Made by a program: the position numbers and the translations under genes | The notes under the pieces: generated by a model | Seen by the model: the letters and a program-made list of their open reading frames with translations, nothing else | Database searches by the model: none | What the model was told of the DNA's origin: nothing | In this document: piece by piece, positions 1-7,367 of the stretch | How the letters are laid out: the number at the start of each line of letters is the position of its first letter | Numbering within the stretch: the stretch's first letter is position 1 | Origin: Candidatus Limnocylindria bacterium | GTDB taxonomy: Bacteria > Patescibacteriota > Saccharimonadia > Saccharimonadales > JAGQNK01 | Assembly: GCA_035489815.1 (NCBI GenBank) | Contig: DATHJH010000004.1 | Span: 2,131-66,130, forward strand | Length of the DNA: 64,000 nucleotides | Direction of reading: 5' to 3'

Positions 1-80
1 GCAACCAGATGCTCCTGGCCAACGACTTCCTTGAGCGCAGCGGGTCGCATTCGTTCGGCAAGAGGCATTTCCCTGGACAT
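1..80 (-). CDS. RarA/MgsA-type replication-associated recombination AAA ATPase, N-terminal fragment running off the left edge
   Basis: Hand translation of the minus strand from ATG at 80 gives MSREMPLAERMRPAALKEVVGQEHLV. This matches the conserved PLAxRMRPxxLxExxGQxHL N-terminus of RarA. It is absent from the ORF track because the window edge truncates it. Confidence 0.6.
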   Translation of the reverse strand, partial: MSREMPLAERMRPAALKEVVGQEHLV

Positions 81-147
81 AAACCTCAGTATATACCCGG
101 CAGGCAACCACCGTCGAACGACGCTACTCCCCGGCAGTTACTTGAGG

Positions 148-675
148 CTACCTGTACCTATAGTGGTCGGTGCATACCTTGTGCATTCTGCCGGTCGCCA
201 TGCAGTCGGCATGTACTTTAACCCAGCTTCTGTCGCCGCTGCGATTACTCAGGAAGCCAGTCGGTGCAATTTTTACATAGGCTAAGCTTCTGCTGGCCTG
301 ATAATACTTTGTAATATCACGTGTTTTCGGGCCAAACAGGCCGTCCACTGTTATGTTTATGTGGTAGAGATACCTGTAAAAGGCTTGTATTGCGGCGGTG
401 CAACCGTTTCTGGTTCTGGGCGGTACTTCTTCGCGGAGGGTAGGCATAAACTTCAGACATTCGTCTACAGAGGGCGAACACCAGGGTGATGAATCCTTAT
501 TGCAAACTTGCCCCAACGCCTGACTACTACGAAGCGTATAGACACCACCTAGCACGGCTACGACGAACACGACCAGGGTCGCAGCGAACAGCGGGCTTTT
601 ACCCGAAGCCCAAGGGAGCTTTGACAGCTTTTTGCTTTTGCTGGTCTTTTTGGATGATTTTGCTTTTCCCGGCAT
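148..675 (-). CDS. Membrane-anchored protein with a peptidoglycan-binding (PG_binding_1-like) domain
   Basis: Lys-rich N-terminus followed by one hydrophobic helix. The segment IQAFYRYLYHINITVDGLFGPKTRDITKYYQ resembles the DGxFGxxT PG-binding repeat. Confidence 0.55.
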   Translation of the reverse strand: MPGKAKSSKKTSKSKKLSKLPWASGKSPLFAATLVVFVVAVLGGVYTLRSSQALGQVCNKDSSPWCSPSVDECLKFMPTLREEVPPRTRNGCTAAIQAFYRYLYHINITVDGLFGPKTRDITKYYQASRSLAYVKIAPTGFLSNRSGDRSWVKVHADCMATGRMHKVCTDHYRYR

Positions 676-887
676 GCGGATTCCCCTTATACTTATAAGG
701 CTATAGTAATTTCAACAACTGCCACTGTCAATAGCGTATGCGAGGTCGGAGTCAGCGGAAAGCTTTGGAATTGGTTCTAACGCAAGAGGTTGCTGCATTT
801 GGGCGTCACGTGGTTTAGAGTTTGGGCCAGAGATGATAAGGTAGAAGCAAATACTCCAGCTTATTAAAAAACAAAGAAGGGGAGCCG

Positions 888-1572
888 ATGTCCGTCATAG
901 CTACTGAAAAATTACAAAAAACGTATGGCAAGAAAGAAACGGCCTTTACGGCACTCAAGGATGTCGATCTGGCTATCGAGCCTGGCGAGTCCATTGCCAT
1001 CATTGGCAAAAGTGGATCGGGCAAGAGTACGCTCATGCACCTGCTGGCGCTGCTGGATAAGCCGACAAGCGGGTCGGTTGCCGTTGACGGCAAAAACGCT
1101 CATCAGCTTCCCAGGAGACAACTAGATGATTTGCGCAACCAAAGTTTTGGCTTTGTATTCCAGCAATTCTTTTTGAACGCCAACAATACCGTGCTGGACA
1201 ATGTGATTTTGCCGCTCAAGATCGCCGGCATCGGCCGCCGGGAGCGCACCCGCCGCGGTATGGAAGTACTGGAAGCGGTTGAGCTGGCTGATAAAGCCAG
1301 GAACAAGGCCAACGACCTGAGCGGCGGCCAGAAACAGCGTGTCTGCATTGCCCGTGCCCTTATAAATGCCCCGCGTATCATCCTTTGCGGACGAGCCTAC
1401 CGGCAACCTGGACAGCCACACCGGTGAAAAGATAGAGGATTTGTTGTTTAAGCTAAACAAAGAAAAAGGCATTACCTTGATTGTGGTGACACACGACGAC
1501 GACCTGGCAAAGCGCTGTGATCGCCAGATACACTTGAAAGACGGCCAAATCGTTACAAGGAGCAAAGCATGA
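888..1572 (+). pseudogene. MacB/LolD-type ABC transporter ATP-binding protein, disrupted by a +1 frameshift in the Walker B motif
   Basis: ORF 888..1427 carries Walker A (GKSGSGKST), a Q-loop and the signature LSGGQKQR. ORF 1366..1572 carries ADEPTGNLD and the H-loop (VVTHD). Deleting one T from the TTT run at 1384-1386 restores ...RIILADEPTGNLD.... Confidence 0.8.
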
Positions 1573-2861
1573 AACTCGTAGACATTTTCCTGACCGCCAG
1601 CAGTAACATGATGCGCAGCAAGCTGCGGTCATTTTTGACGATCGTGGCAGTCTTTATCGGTGCTTTGACCCTGACGCTCACCAACGGCATGGGGGCCGGT
1701 ATTTCCACTTATATAGACAAGCAGCTCGGCAATTTAGGCGCCAAAAACGTCCTGGAGGTGCAAGCCAAGATAAGCAACCCGTTCGACGGCGGACCACAAG
1801 AATATGATCCGAATCGTACAGTGTCAGGTAATAGCGTGAACGGTCCGGGCGGGATGGCCGTGTTGACCCAAAAAGATATCGAGTCGATCCAGGGCCAGCC
1901 GGGCATAAAGAGCATCGAGCCTGCCATCCTGCCCGCGCCGGATTATATCCAGGGGAACAGTGACAAAAAGTACAAGCTGACCATGCAGTCGTTTATAGAC
2001 GGCACCAATATTGATATAGCGGCCGGAAAATCATTGGGCAACGCCATAGAAGCCCGGGAACTGATTGTGCCGATTAGCTATGTGGAGCTGCTCGGCTTTG
2101 TTTCGAACGAGGCAGCGGTTGGCGAACAAGTAAAAATAGCCGTAACTTCGGGCCTGGGCGAACAGCAGGTTGTCGAAGCCACGATAGTCGGCGTACAACA
2201 ACAAACACTGCTTAGCACAGTCGGCGGCGCACAGGGGAACAAATCACTCATGGCCGCCCTGAACGATATTCAGACAGAAGGATTGCCCGACGCCCAAAAG
2301 AACCAGTACATAGCCGCATTTGCCACAGTAGACCAGAATATCAGCGACCAGGATATGCAGACAATCAAAGACGGCCTGGACAGTAAGGGCTACACCGCAG
2401 CCACACTTGACGACCAGATTGGCATTTTCAAGCAGGTTATTGACGCGATCATCATGGTACTTAATTTCTTTGCCGGTATCGCTCTGCTGGCAGCCAGCTT
2501 CGGCATCATCAATACTTTGCTGATGGCGGTCCAGGAGCGCACCAAAGAGATAGGGCTCATGAAGGCCATGGGAATGAGTAGCAAACGGGTCTTCCTGCTC
2601 TTCAGCATAGAGGCTATTTTGCTGGGTTTTTGGGGGAGCCTGCTCGGATCATTGGCGGGAATCGGCATCGGCAAGCTCGCCAACAGGGTGGCATCAGATA
2701 CCTTTCTAAAGGATTTGGCTGGCTTTGACCTGACATCGTTCCCTCTGACCTCGGTGCTTGCCATTATGCTCATCATCATGACCATCGCCTTCCTCGCCGG
2801 CACGCTGCCTGCGCGGCGTGCCAGTAAAAAAGACCCTATAGAGGCATTGCGCTACGAGTAG
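1569..2861 (+). CDS. ABC transporter permease, MacB/FtsX family
   Basis: N-terminal TM helix, a large periplasmic-type domain, and a C-terminal FtsX-like 3-TM bundle (LLMAVQERTKEIGLMKAMG). The start overlaps the stop of the upstream ATPase (ATGA). Confidence 0.8.
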   Translation: MKLVDIFLTASSNMMRSKLRSFLTIVAVFIGALTLTLTNGMGAGISTYIDKQLGNLGAKNVLEVQAKISNPFDGGPQEYDPNRTVSGNSVNGPGGMAVLTQKDIESIQGQPGIKSIEPAILPAPDYIQGNSDKKYKLTMQSFIDGTNIDIAAGKSLGNAIEARELIVPISYVELLGFVSNEAAVGEQVKIAVTSGLGEQQVVEATIVGVQQQTLLSTVGGAQGNKSLMAALNDIQTEGLPDAQKNQYIAAFATVDQNISDQDMQTIKDGLDSKGYTAATLDDQIGIFKQVIDAIIMVLNFFAGIALLAASFGIINTLLMAVQERTKEIGLMKAMGMSSKRVFLLFSIEAILLGFWGSLLGSLAGIGIGKLANRVASDTFLKDLAGFDLTSFPLTSVLAIMLIIMTIAFLAGTLPARRASKKDPIEALRYE

Positions 2862-2940
2862 AAAAATCCCACACCGTATTACTTGTGCATGAGTTCTGTT
2901 GTTTGTAGTTTTGCAGTCTGGCACTGTAGAATAAGTCCTG

Positions 2941-3867
2941 ATGATTGAAGTTCAAAACCTGCAGAAGCGCTTTCGGCGAAAAGTTGCGGTAGACGATGTT
3001 ACATTCAGAGTTGAGACCGGCAAGGTTACCGGCTTCCTGGGACCAAACGGGGCGGGTAAATCTACTACCATGCGGCTCATGCTGGGGCTGGACAACGGCG
3101 GCGGTTCGACGACTTTTGACGGCAAGGCCCTGCGTGAGTATGATCAGCCATCAAAGGTGGTGGGAGTCCTTTTGGAAGCCAAAGCCTTTCACCCCACGCG
3201 TTCCGCCCGCAGCCACCTGAAGGTGCTGGCAGACGCCGGCAGTGTGCCTCATTCGCGGGTAGATGAAGTCCTGGAACTTGTGGGCCTAAGCGATGTCGGC
3301 CGCAAAAAGCCGGGTAAGTTCAGCCTTGGCATGAGCCAGCGCCTCGGTGTAGCGGCAGCTATATTGGGGGAACCAAAATACCTGCTGCTGGACGAACCAG
3401 CCAACGGCCTGGACCCGGAGGGCATTGCCTGGCTGCGTGATTTTCTGAAAAGCTACGCGGACGACGGCAATGCCGTGTTTGTTTCCAGCCACCTGCTCAG
3501 CGAAATGGCGCTGATGGCCGACAACGTAGTAGTTATTGGCAAAGGCAAATTGATTGCCGATACGTCAATGAAGGAACTGGTGGCGGGCAATGGCCACTCC
3601 AGCGTATTCGTGCGCAGCAACAAACAGAAATCGCTCGAAAAATCCCTGACCAAAGCCGGTTTTGCCACCGAGCCGCAAGACGGAGGCTTCACGGTAAAGG
3701 GCGCCAGCACAGACCAAATTGGTAAGCTGGCCTTTAAGAACGGAGTGACTATTCTGGAGCTGGCGCCGCACATGGCATCACTAGAGGACGCTTTCCTGGA
3801 ACTTACCGCCAATGCTCAGGAGTACCATACCAAATCGGTTGTCGGCGGGAAAGAGGCTGTTACATGA
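2941..3867 (+). CDS. ABC transporter ATP-binding protein (ABC-2/DrrA-like)
   Basis: Walker A GPNGAGKST, signature FSLGMSQR, Walker B LLLDEPANGLD, H-loop SSH. Confidence 0.85.
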   Translation: MIEVQNLQKRFRRKVAVDDVTFRVETGKVTGFLGPNGAGKSTTMRLMLGLDNGGGSTTFDGKALREYDQPSKVVGVLLEAKAFHPTRSARSHLKVLADAGSVPHSRVDEVLELVGLSDVGRKKPGKFSLGMSQRLGVAAAILGEPKYLLLDEPANGLDPEGIAWLRDFLKSYADDGNAVFVSSHLLSEMALMADNVVVIGKGKLIADTSMKELVAGNGHSSVFVRSNKQKSLEKSLTKAGFATEPQDGGFTVKGASTDQIGKLAFKNGVTILELAPHMASLEDAFLELTANAQEYHTKSVVGGKEAVT

Positions 3868-4634
3868 TTCCTTTGTTGAAGAGCGAGGCCAGAAAACTCC
3901 TGTCAGTAAGGTCCACGTATGTCATGGGCATTCTTGCTCTGCTGATCGTTGCAGGAACGTCGTTTTGGGTAGAGGGCTACAAGGGAATGAGCGGCTCCCC
4001 GGCTTCTGTACTGGGCGACAAAGCGGTTGAAGAGATCTTTCGCAATTCCACCTTGCTTGCCAGTGCTGCCGGTACTTTTGTGGCAGTGCTGTATATGGCG
4101 CACGAATACCGCTACAACATAATCATGTATACCCTCACTGCAGCCAACAGTCGCAGCAAAGTGTTGTTGGCCAAGATTCTGACCCTGGTCTGGTATACCG
4201 TTGCCTTTACCGCTATCTGCGGTCTGGTCGGTTTTGCCGGGTACTACCTAGGCTTATCTTTACGCGACGCTTCTTTGCCGGCGCAAAATATAGACTGGTT
4301 GTATATGACCGGCCGGGTGTTGTTCTATAACATTGGCCAGATACTCATCGCCCTGCTGATAACCGTTCTGACCAGAAGCATTGTGGCGGCTATTGCATTT
4401 TTGTTCCTGTTTTCCTCTACGGTTGAACCGCTTCTTGGCATTATCCTTAAGGAAAAGGCCGCCTACCTGCCGTTTTCTGCCTTTGAACGTGTGATCTCTG
4501 CTTTTGGCGGAGAAGCGGCACAAACAGTACAAGGGGAGTTGTCAGTAGGGCGGGCAGTTGTAGTGTGTAGTGTATACCTTGTAGTGGGTTGGCTTATCAC
4601 CTGGCAACTGTTCTTGCGCCGCGACGCGAATTAG
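3864..4634 (+). CDS. ABC-2 type transporter permease
   Basis: Polytopic hydrophobic protein. It is translationally coupled (ATGA) to the preceding ABC ATPase. Confidence 0.6.
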   Translation: MIPLLKSEARKLLSVRSTYVMGILALLIVAGTSFWVEGYKGMSGSPASVLGDKAVEEIFRNSTLLASAAGTFVAVLYMAHEYRYNIIMYTLTAANSRSKVLLAKILTLVWYTVAFTAICGLVGFAGYYLGLSLRDASLPAQNIDWLYMTGRVLFYNIGQILIALLITVLTRSIVAAIAFLFLFSSTVEPLLGIILKEKAAYLPFSAFERVISAFGGEAAQTVQGELSVGRAVVVCSVYLVVGWLITWQLFLRRDAN

Positions 4635-4671
4635 ACACACTTGACAGACATAAGCTGATATACTGGTTAAC

Positions 4672-5046
4672 ATGTTAAGTGTCGATGACGAACTATTTGA
4701 AAAGCTCATTGGCGAGGCCATGGACGAGTTACCGGAAAAATATGTTAAGGGCCTGGACAATGTCCTGGTCACATACGAGGACGAGCCTACGGCCGAACAG
4801 CGCGTTGAGCTGAAGCTCCACTGCAATCAAACACTCTTTGGGTTGTATCAAGGCGTTCCGCGTACCCAGCGGGGCAATGGTTACAACATGGTATTGCCGG
4901 ACAAAATAACTATCTTTAAAAATCCGATTGTCCACACCTCATCAGATATAAAAGCACTGAAAAAGCAAATCAAGCACACCATCTGGCACGAAATAGCCCA
5001 CCACTACGGCCTGGACCACGACCGGATCCACAGCTTGGAGGGTTAA
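4672..5046 (+). CDS. Zincin-like metallopeptidase family protein (Zn-dependent, HExxH)
   Basis: The C-terminal TIWHEIAHHYGLDHDRI carries an HExxH motif. The overall pattern LFGLYQGVP...PDKITIF is typical of this small metallopeptidase family. Confidence 0.7.
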   Translation: MLSVDDELFEKLIGEAMDELPEKYVKGLDNVLVTYEDEPTAEQRVELKLHCNQTLFGLYQGVPRTQRGNGYNMVLPDKITIFKNPIVHTSSDIKALKKQIKHTIWHEIAHHYGLDHDRIHSLEG

Positions 5047-5072
5047 AGAATCACCGCAGCTAAACTCAAACT

Positions 5073-5110
5073 GTACTCTAAATTTGTCCGGCCGGACAAA
5101 TTTAGAGTAC
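5073..5110. repeat. Family A palindrome, copy 1 (perfect 38-bp: gtactctaaatttgtccgg/ccggacaaatttagagtac)
   Basis: Perfect dyad read directly from the sequence. The 5' half is nearly identical (1 mismatch in 31 nt) to the copy at 14344-14374. Confidence 0.85.
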
Positions 5111-5174
5111 AAAGCATATGCGCACGTGGATCAGATCTAAAGGCAGGTTCATGGATATGTCGTATACTGGATAC

Positions 5175-5804
5175 ATGACAAGGGGGAGAAAAGGCAATGC
5201 TTGGCAACATAGGCGTAGCGCTGTAGTTTATGCGCTTATAACCGTGCTGGCCGCACTGTCACTCATGGCTTCGACCGGTGACATGGGTGCAGCAGAACGA
5301 AGCGTCTTTGACTGGATCTATGGTATGCCCGACAGTCTGCGCTGGTTTGCTTTGGTCGCTACCCAGTTAGGCAACTTCTGGCTGATGATTGCCGTAGTCG
5401 GCTTATTACTTGTAATAAAGTGGAACCCAAGGCCCAGTCTGCTGGTTCTTCGCGGCGGCGTGCTGGCGTACGGCATAGTGGCAGTCATTAAAGTTGTGGT
5501 AAGCCGGCCACGGCCTATGATACTGCTGAGTGAAGTGACCTCGCGGGAGATTACGGTTGTGGGCAGCGGCTTTCCCTCGGCCCACACTGCGCTTGCCACA
5601 GTCGTCAGCCTGACGGTCCTGCCGTACCTGCCAAAGCAGCTACGCTGGGTACCAGTTCTGTGGATCGGACTGGTGGCCTGGTCCAGAATCTACCTGGGCG
5701 TGCATGCGCCGCTGGATGTAGCGGGCGGATTTATCATCGGCCTGCTGGTGATACTGCTGGCCGACGTCATTCCCTGGCCGCCTGCGCGAAAATCCTCAAA
5801 ATGA
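5175..5804 (+). CDS. PAP2-family phosphatase (undecaprenyl-diphosphatase / phosphatidate phosphatase type)
   Basis: Three PAP2 motifs are present: VVSRPRP, FPSAHTA and SRIYLGVHAPLDV. ORF-track start 5118 is shortened to ATG 5175 because TATACT at 5163-5168 lies 6 nt upstream. Confidence 0.75.
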   Translation: MTRGRKGNAWQHRRSAVVYALITVLAALSLMASTGDMGAAERSVFDWIYGMPDSLRWFALVATQLGNFWLMIAVVGLLLVIKWNPRPSLLVLRGGVLAYGIVAVIKVVVSRPRPMILLSEVTSREITVVGSGFPSAHTALATVVSLTVLPYLPKQLRWVPVLWIGLVAWSRIYLGVHAPLDVAGGFIIGLLVILLADVIPWPPARKSSK

Positions 5805-5906
5805 TTATGCTTTAGTATTGCAATGCACTTGTTCGCAGAGTAAGCTGAAAGCGGAAGTGTGAGGCTTCCACAGACCCTGGGTTATTCACCCGGGGTCATT
5901 TTAGTT

Positions 5907-5934
5907 CCGCGGCGAGAATCCTCTCTCGCCGCGG
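5907..5934. other. GC-rich hairpin (11-bp perfect stem ccgcggcgaga/tctcgccgcgg, 6-nt loop) in a convergent intergenic region
   Basis: Read directly. Further hairpins lie nearby at 5951-5969 (gtcccga gtaaa tcgggac) and about 6021-6045. Confidence 0.5.
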
Positions 5935-6082
5935 GCAGGTTCGCGCGGAGTCCCGAGTAAATCGGGACATCCGGCTCCAACAGGCTGCAGGGCTCATGAT
6001 CCACCTCTTCCACCTGACGGCCTTTCCGAGAAATTCTCAGAAAGGTTGGATAGTATAGATACTGGCTGCTGCTTACTGTGTT

Positions 6083-6772
6083 CTATTGCTCTGGAAATAG
6101 TCCCTCTGTGGGGTCTGGAAAATCGCGCATAGCATCTGGTGAATGAGGGCCATCTTCCCGTGGCACCCAGAACATAGCTACCTTACCAACGCCACGTTCT
6201 CCTGGCTCCGGCGCCCAAACACTGTCGGGGAGTCGTTCCGGTCTAAACCGTGCCCGAAAGGCAAGTCTTTGTACCGTACCTTCTTCAACATCTACAGAAA
6301 TAACGCCCCCACCTCGTCCAACATGGCCGCGTAAGTCCACTTCAATGTCTCTCGGATCGGTCACCCCCCAGTGATCTGCCTCTGGGTCGCCTACTATAGC
6401 ATGGCTCTCGTCTGCATGCATTTGCAAAGCCACCATGGGTAGCCGTTCTTTTTTGGCGAGAGCGGCTACCGAGTAGGGGAATCTATAGGGACCCATGGAC
6501 TGCTCATACCAGCGGGGAGGCCGGCCCCTGACTGCTTCCATATAATCCGGCTCTATACTGTCTGAAGCGGGAGTCAGGATATAGTTCTGGCCCGACCTGC
6601 TAAACACATCACTAAAAAGCGGAAGCGACAGATCACCGGCAGGCGGACCGGCCACTATATCATATTCGGCAACTACGCCGCTCTCTACAAGTTGGGGATC
6701 CACCCTCACGATGCCCGGATCAACTTCCCAGCCGCTATCTACATGACGCTTCCACATTGTGCAACCCTTCAT
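6083..6772 (-). CDS. Hypothetical protein (no recognisable domain)
   Basis: Long ORF with no competing gene on the other strand. It is Pro/Gly/Asp/Arg-rich and I recognise no motif. Confidence 0.5.
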   Translation of the reverse strand: MKGCTMWKRHVDSGWEVDPGIVRVDPQLVESGVVAEYDIVAGPPAGDLSLPLFSDVFSRSGQNYILTPASDSIEPDYMEAVRGRPPRWYEQSMGPYRFPYSVAALAKKERLPMVALQMHADESHAIVGDPEADHWGVTDPRDIEVDLRGHVGRGGGVISVDVEEGTVQRLAFRARFRPERLPDSVWAPEPGERGVGKVAMFWVPREDGPHSPDAMRDFPDPTEGLFPEQ

Positions 6773-6839
6773 TTATAGATTTTATTGCGTCATAGTATCA
6801 AATAACGGACAGCCGCACCAATGTGTCATGAAGCCGGGT

Positions 6840-6871
6840 CTATAGAAAATTGTCTTCTGTAGGTGTTATTT
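6840..6871. repeat. CTATAGAA-N3-TGTCTTCTrTAGGTGTTATTT element, copy 1 (overlaps the stop codon of the Fur-family gene)
   Basis: 28 of 32 nt are identical to 53916-53947. It contains an imperfect dyad, ctatagaa/ttctgtag. Confidence 0.7.
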
Positions 6872-7294
6872 TGGGTCAGATTGGCAGGTGGGGCACAGGC
6901 CGCGGAGTTCCAAGCTGTGGCTGGTGAGCTGGAAATTCAGTTCTTTGGACAGAGCGTGGATGCCAGCTTCCAGTTCTGGGTTTTCTTCAAAGGCGGTAAC
7001 TTTTCCGCACTGCATACAGGCGGCGTGGTGGTGGTGCCCGGCAAAGGCTTCGCTGAGTTCCAGCTTGTACTTCCAGCCAATCTGCAGACGATTAACCACA
7101 CCAAGTTTCTCAAAAAGGTCGATTGTCCGATAAATACTTGCCCGGTCCATTTTGTGCTGCAGTTTACGCGTCAGTTGACTCATGCTCAGGGCGTCACTGT
7201 CTGCCAGAGCGTTAAATACCTGCTGCCGGGTTTTGGTCAGGCTGTAACCGTTCTGTTTGAGAACGACTGCAATAGTGGGAATTTCTCCAGACAT
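6866..7294 (-). CDS. Fur-family metalloregulator (putative Zur from context)
   Basis: Winged-helix N-terminus (MSQLTRKL...RASIYRTIDLFEKLGVV), an HHHH cluster, and CxxC...CxxC (CMQCG, CPTC). It is adjacent to a ZIP transporter and a His-rich membrane protein. Confidence 0.85.
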   Translation of the reverse strand: MSGEIPTIAVVLKQNGYSLTKTRQQVFNALADSDALSMSQLTRKLQHKMDRASIYRTIDLFEKLGVVNRLQIGWKYKLELSEAFAGHHHHAACMQCGKVTAFEENPELEAGIHALSKELNFQLTSHSLELRGLCPTCQSDPK

Positions 7295-7295
7295 G

Positions 7296-7332
7296 ATGCA
7301 ATACTAGCACATATTGCGACAATTTTGCAGTG
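7296..7332. promoter_or_regulatory. Candidate Fur-family operator, site A (TGCAAT-N10-ATTGCGAC-N5-TTGCAG)
   Basis: 27 of 37 positions are identical to site B at 8916-8952, with the same internal spacing. It lies in the divergent promoter region between the Fur-family gene and the His-rich protein gene. Confidence 0.5.
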
Positions 7333-7367
7333 TACCCTGTTATGCTGATATCCTGACAGGCGTGACT

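Noticed and set aside
9-285. ORFs 9..221(+) and 31..285(+) at the left edge
   Set aside because: They overlap the RarA-like N-terminus on the minus strand (1..80) and the 3' end of gene 148..675(-). They have no motifs and a Pro/Arg/Ser-rich artefactual composition.
1366-1427. Programmed ribosomal frameshifting or a functional split for the ABC ATPase and DUF2207 genes
   Set aside because: The ABC shift falls inside a catalytic motif. Both shifts lie in simple homopolymer runs, without a recognisable slippery heptamer or a stimulatory structure. Mutation or sequencing error is the simpler explanation.
5805-6082. Identification as tmRNA, SRP RNA, RNase P RNA or a tRNA
   Set aside because: The diagnostic motifs are absent on both strands: the GGTTCGAnTCC T-loop with a CCA-proximal acceptor, the GGAAGCAGCC helix-8 motif, and GAGGAAAGTCC. 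It is kept only as an unclassified structured region.
6863-7348. 161-aa plus-strand ORF
   Set aside because: It is the mirror frame of the Fur-family regulator gene (6866..7294, minus strand), which has unmistakable HHHH and CxxC motifs.
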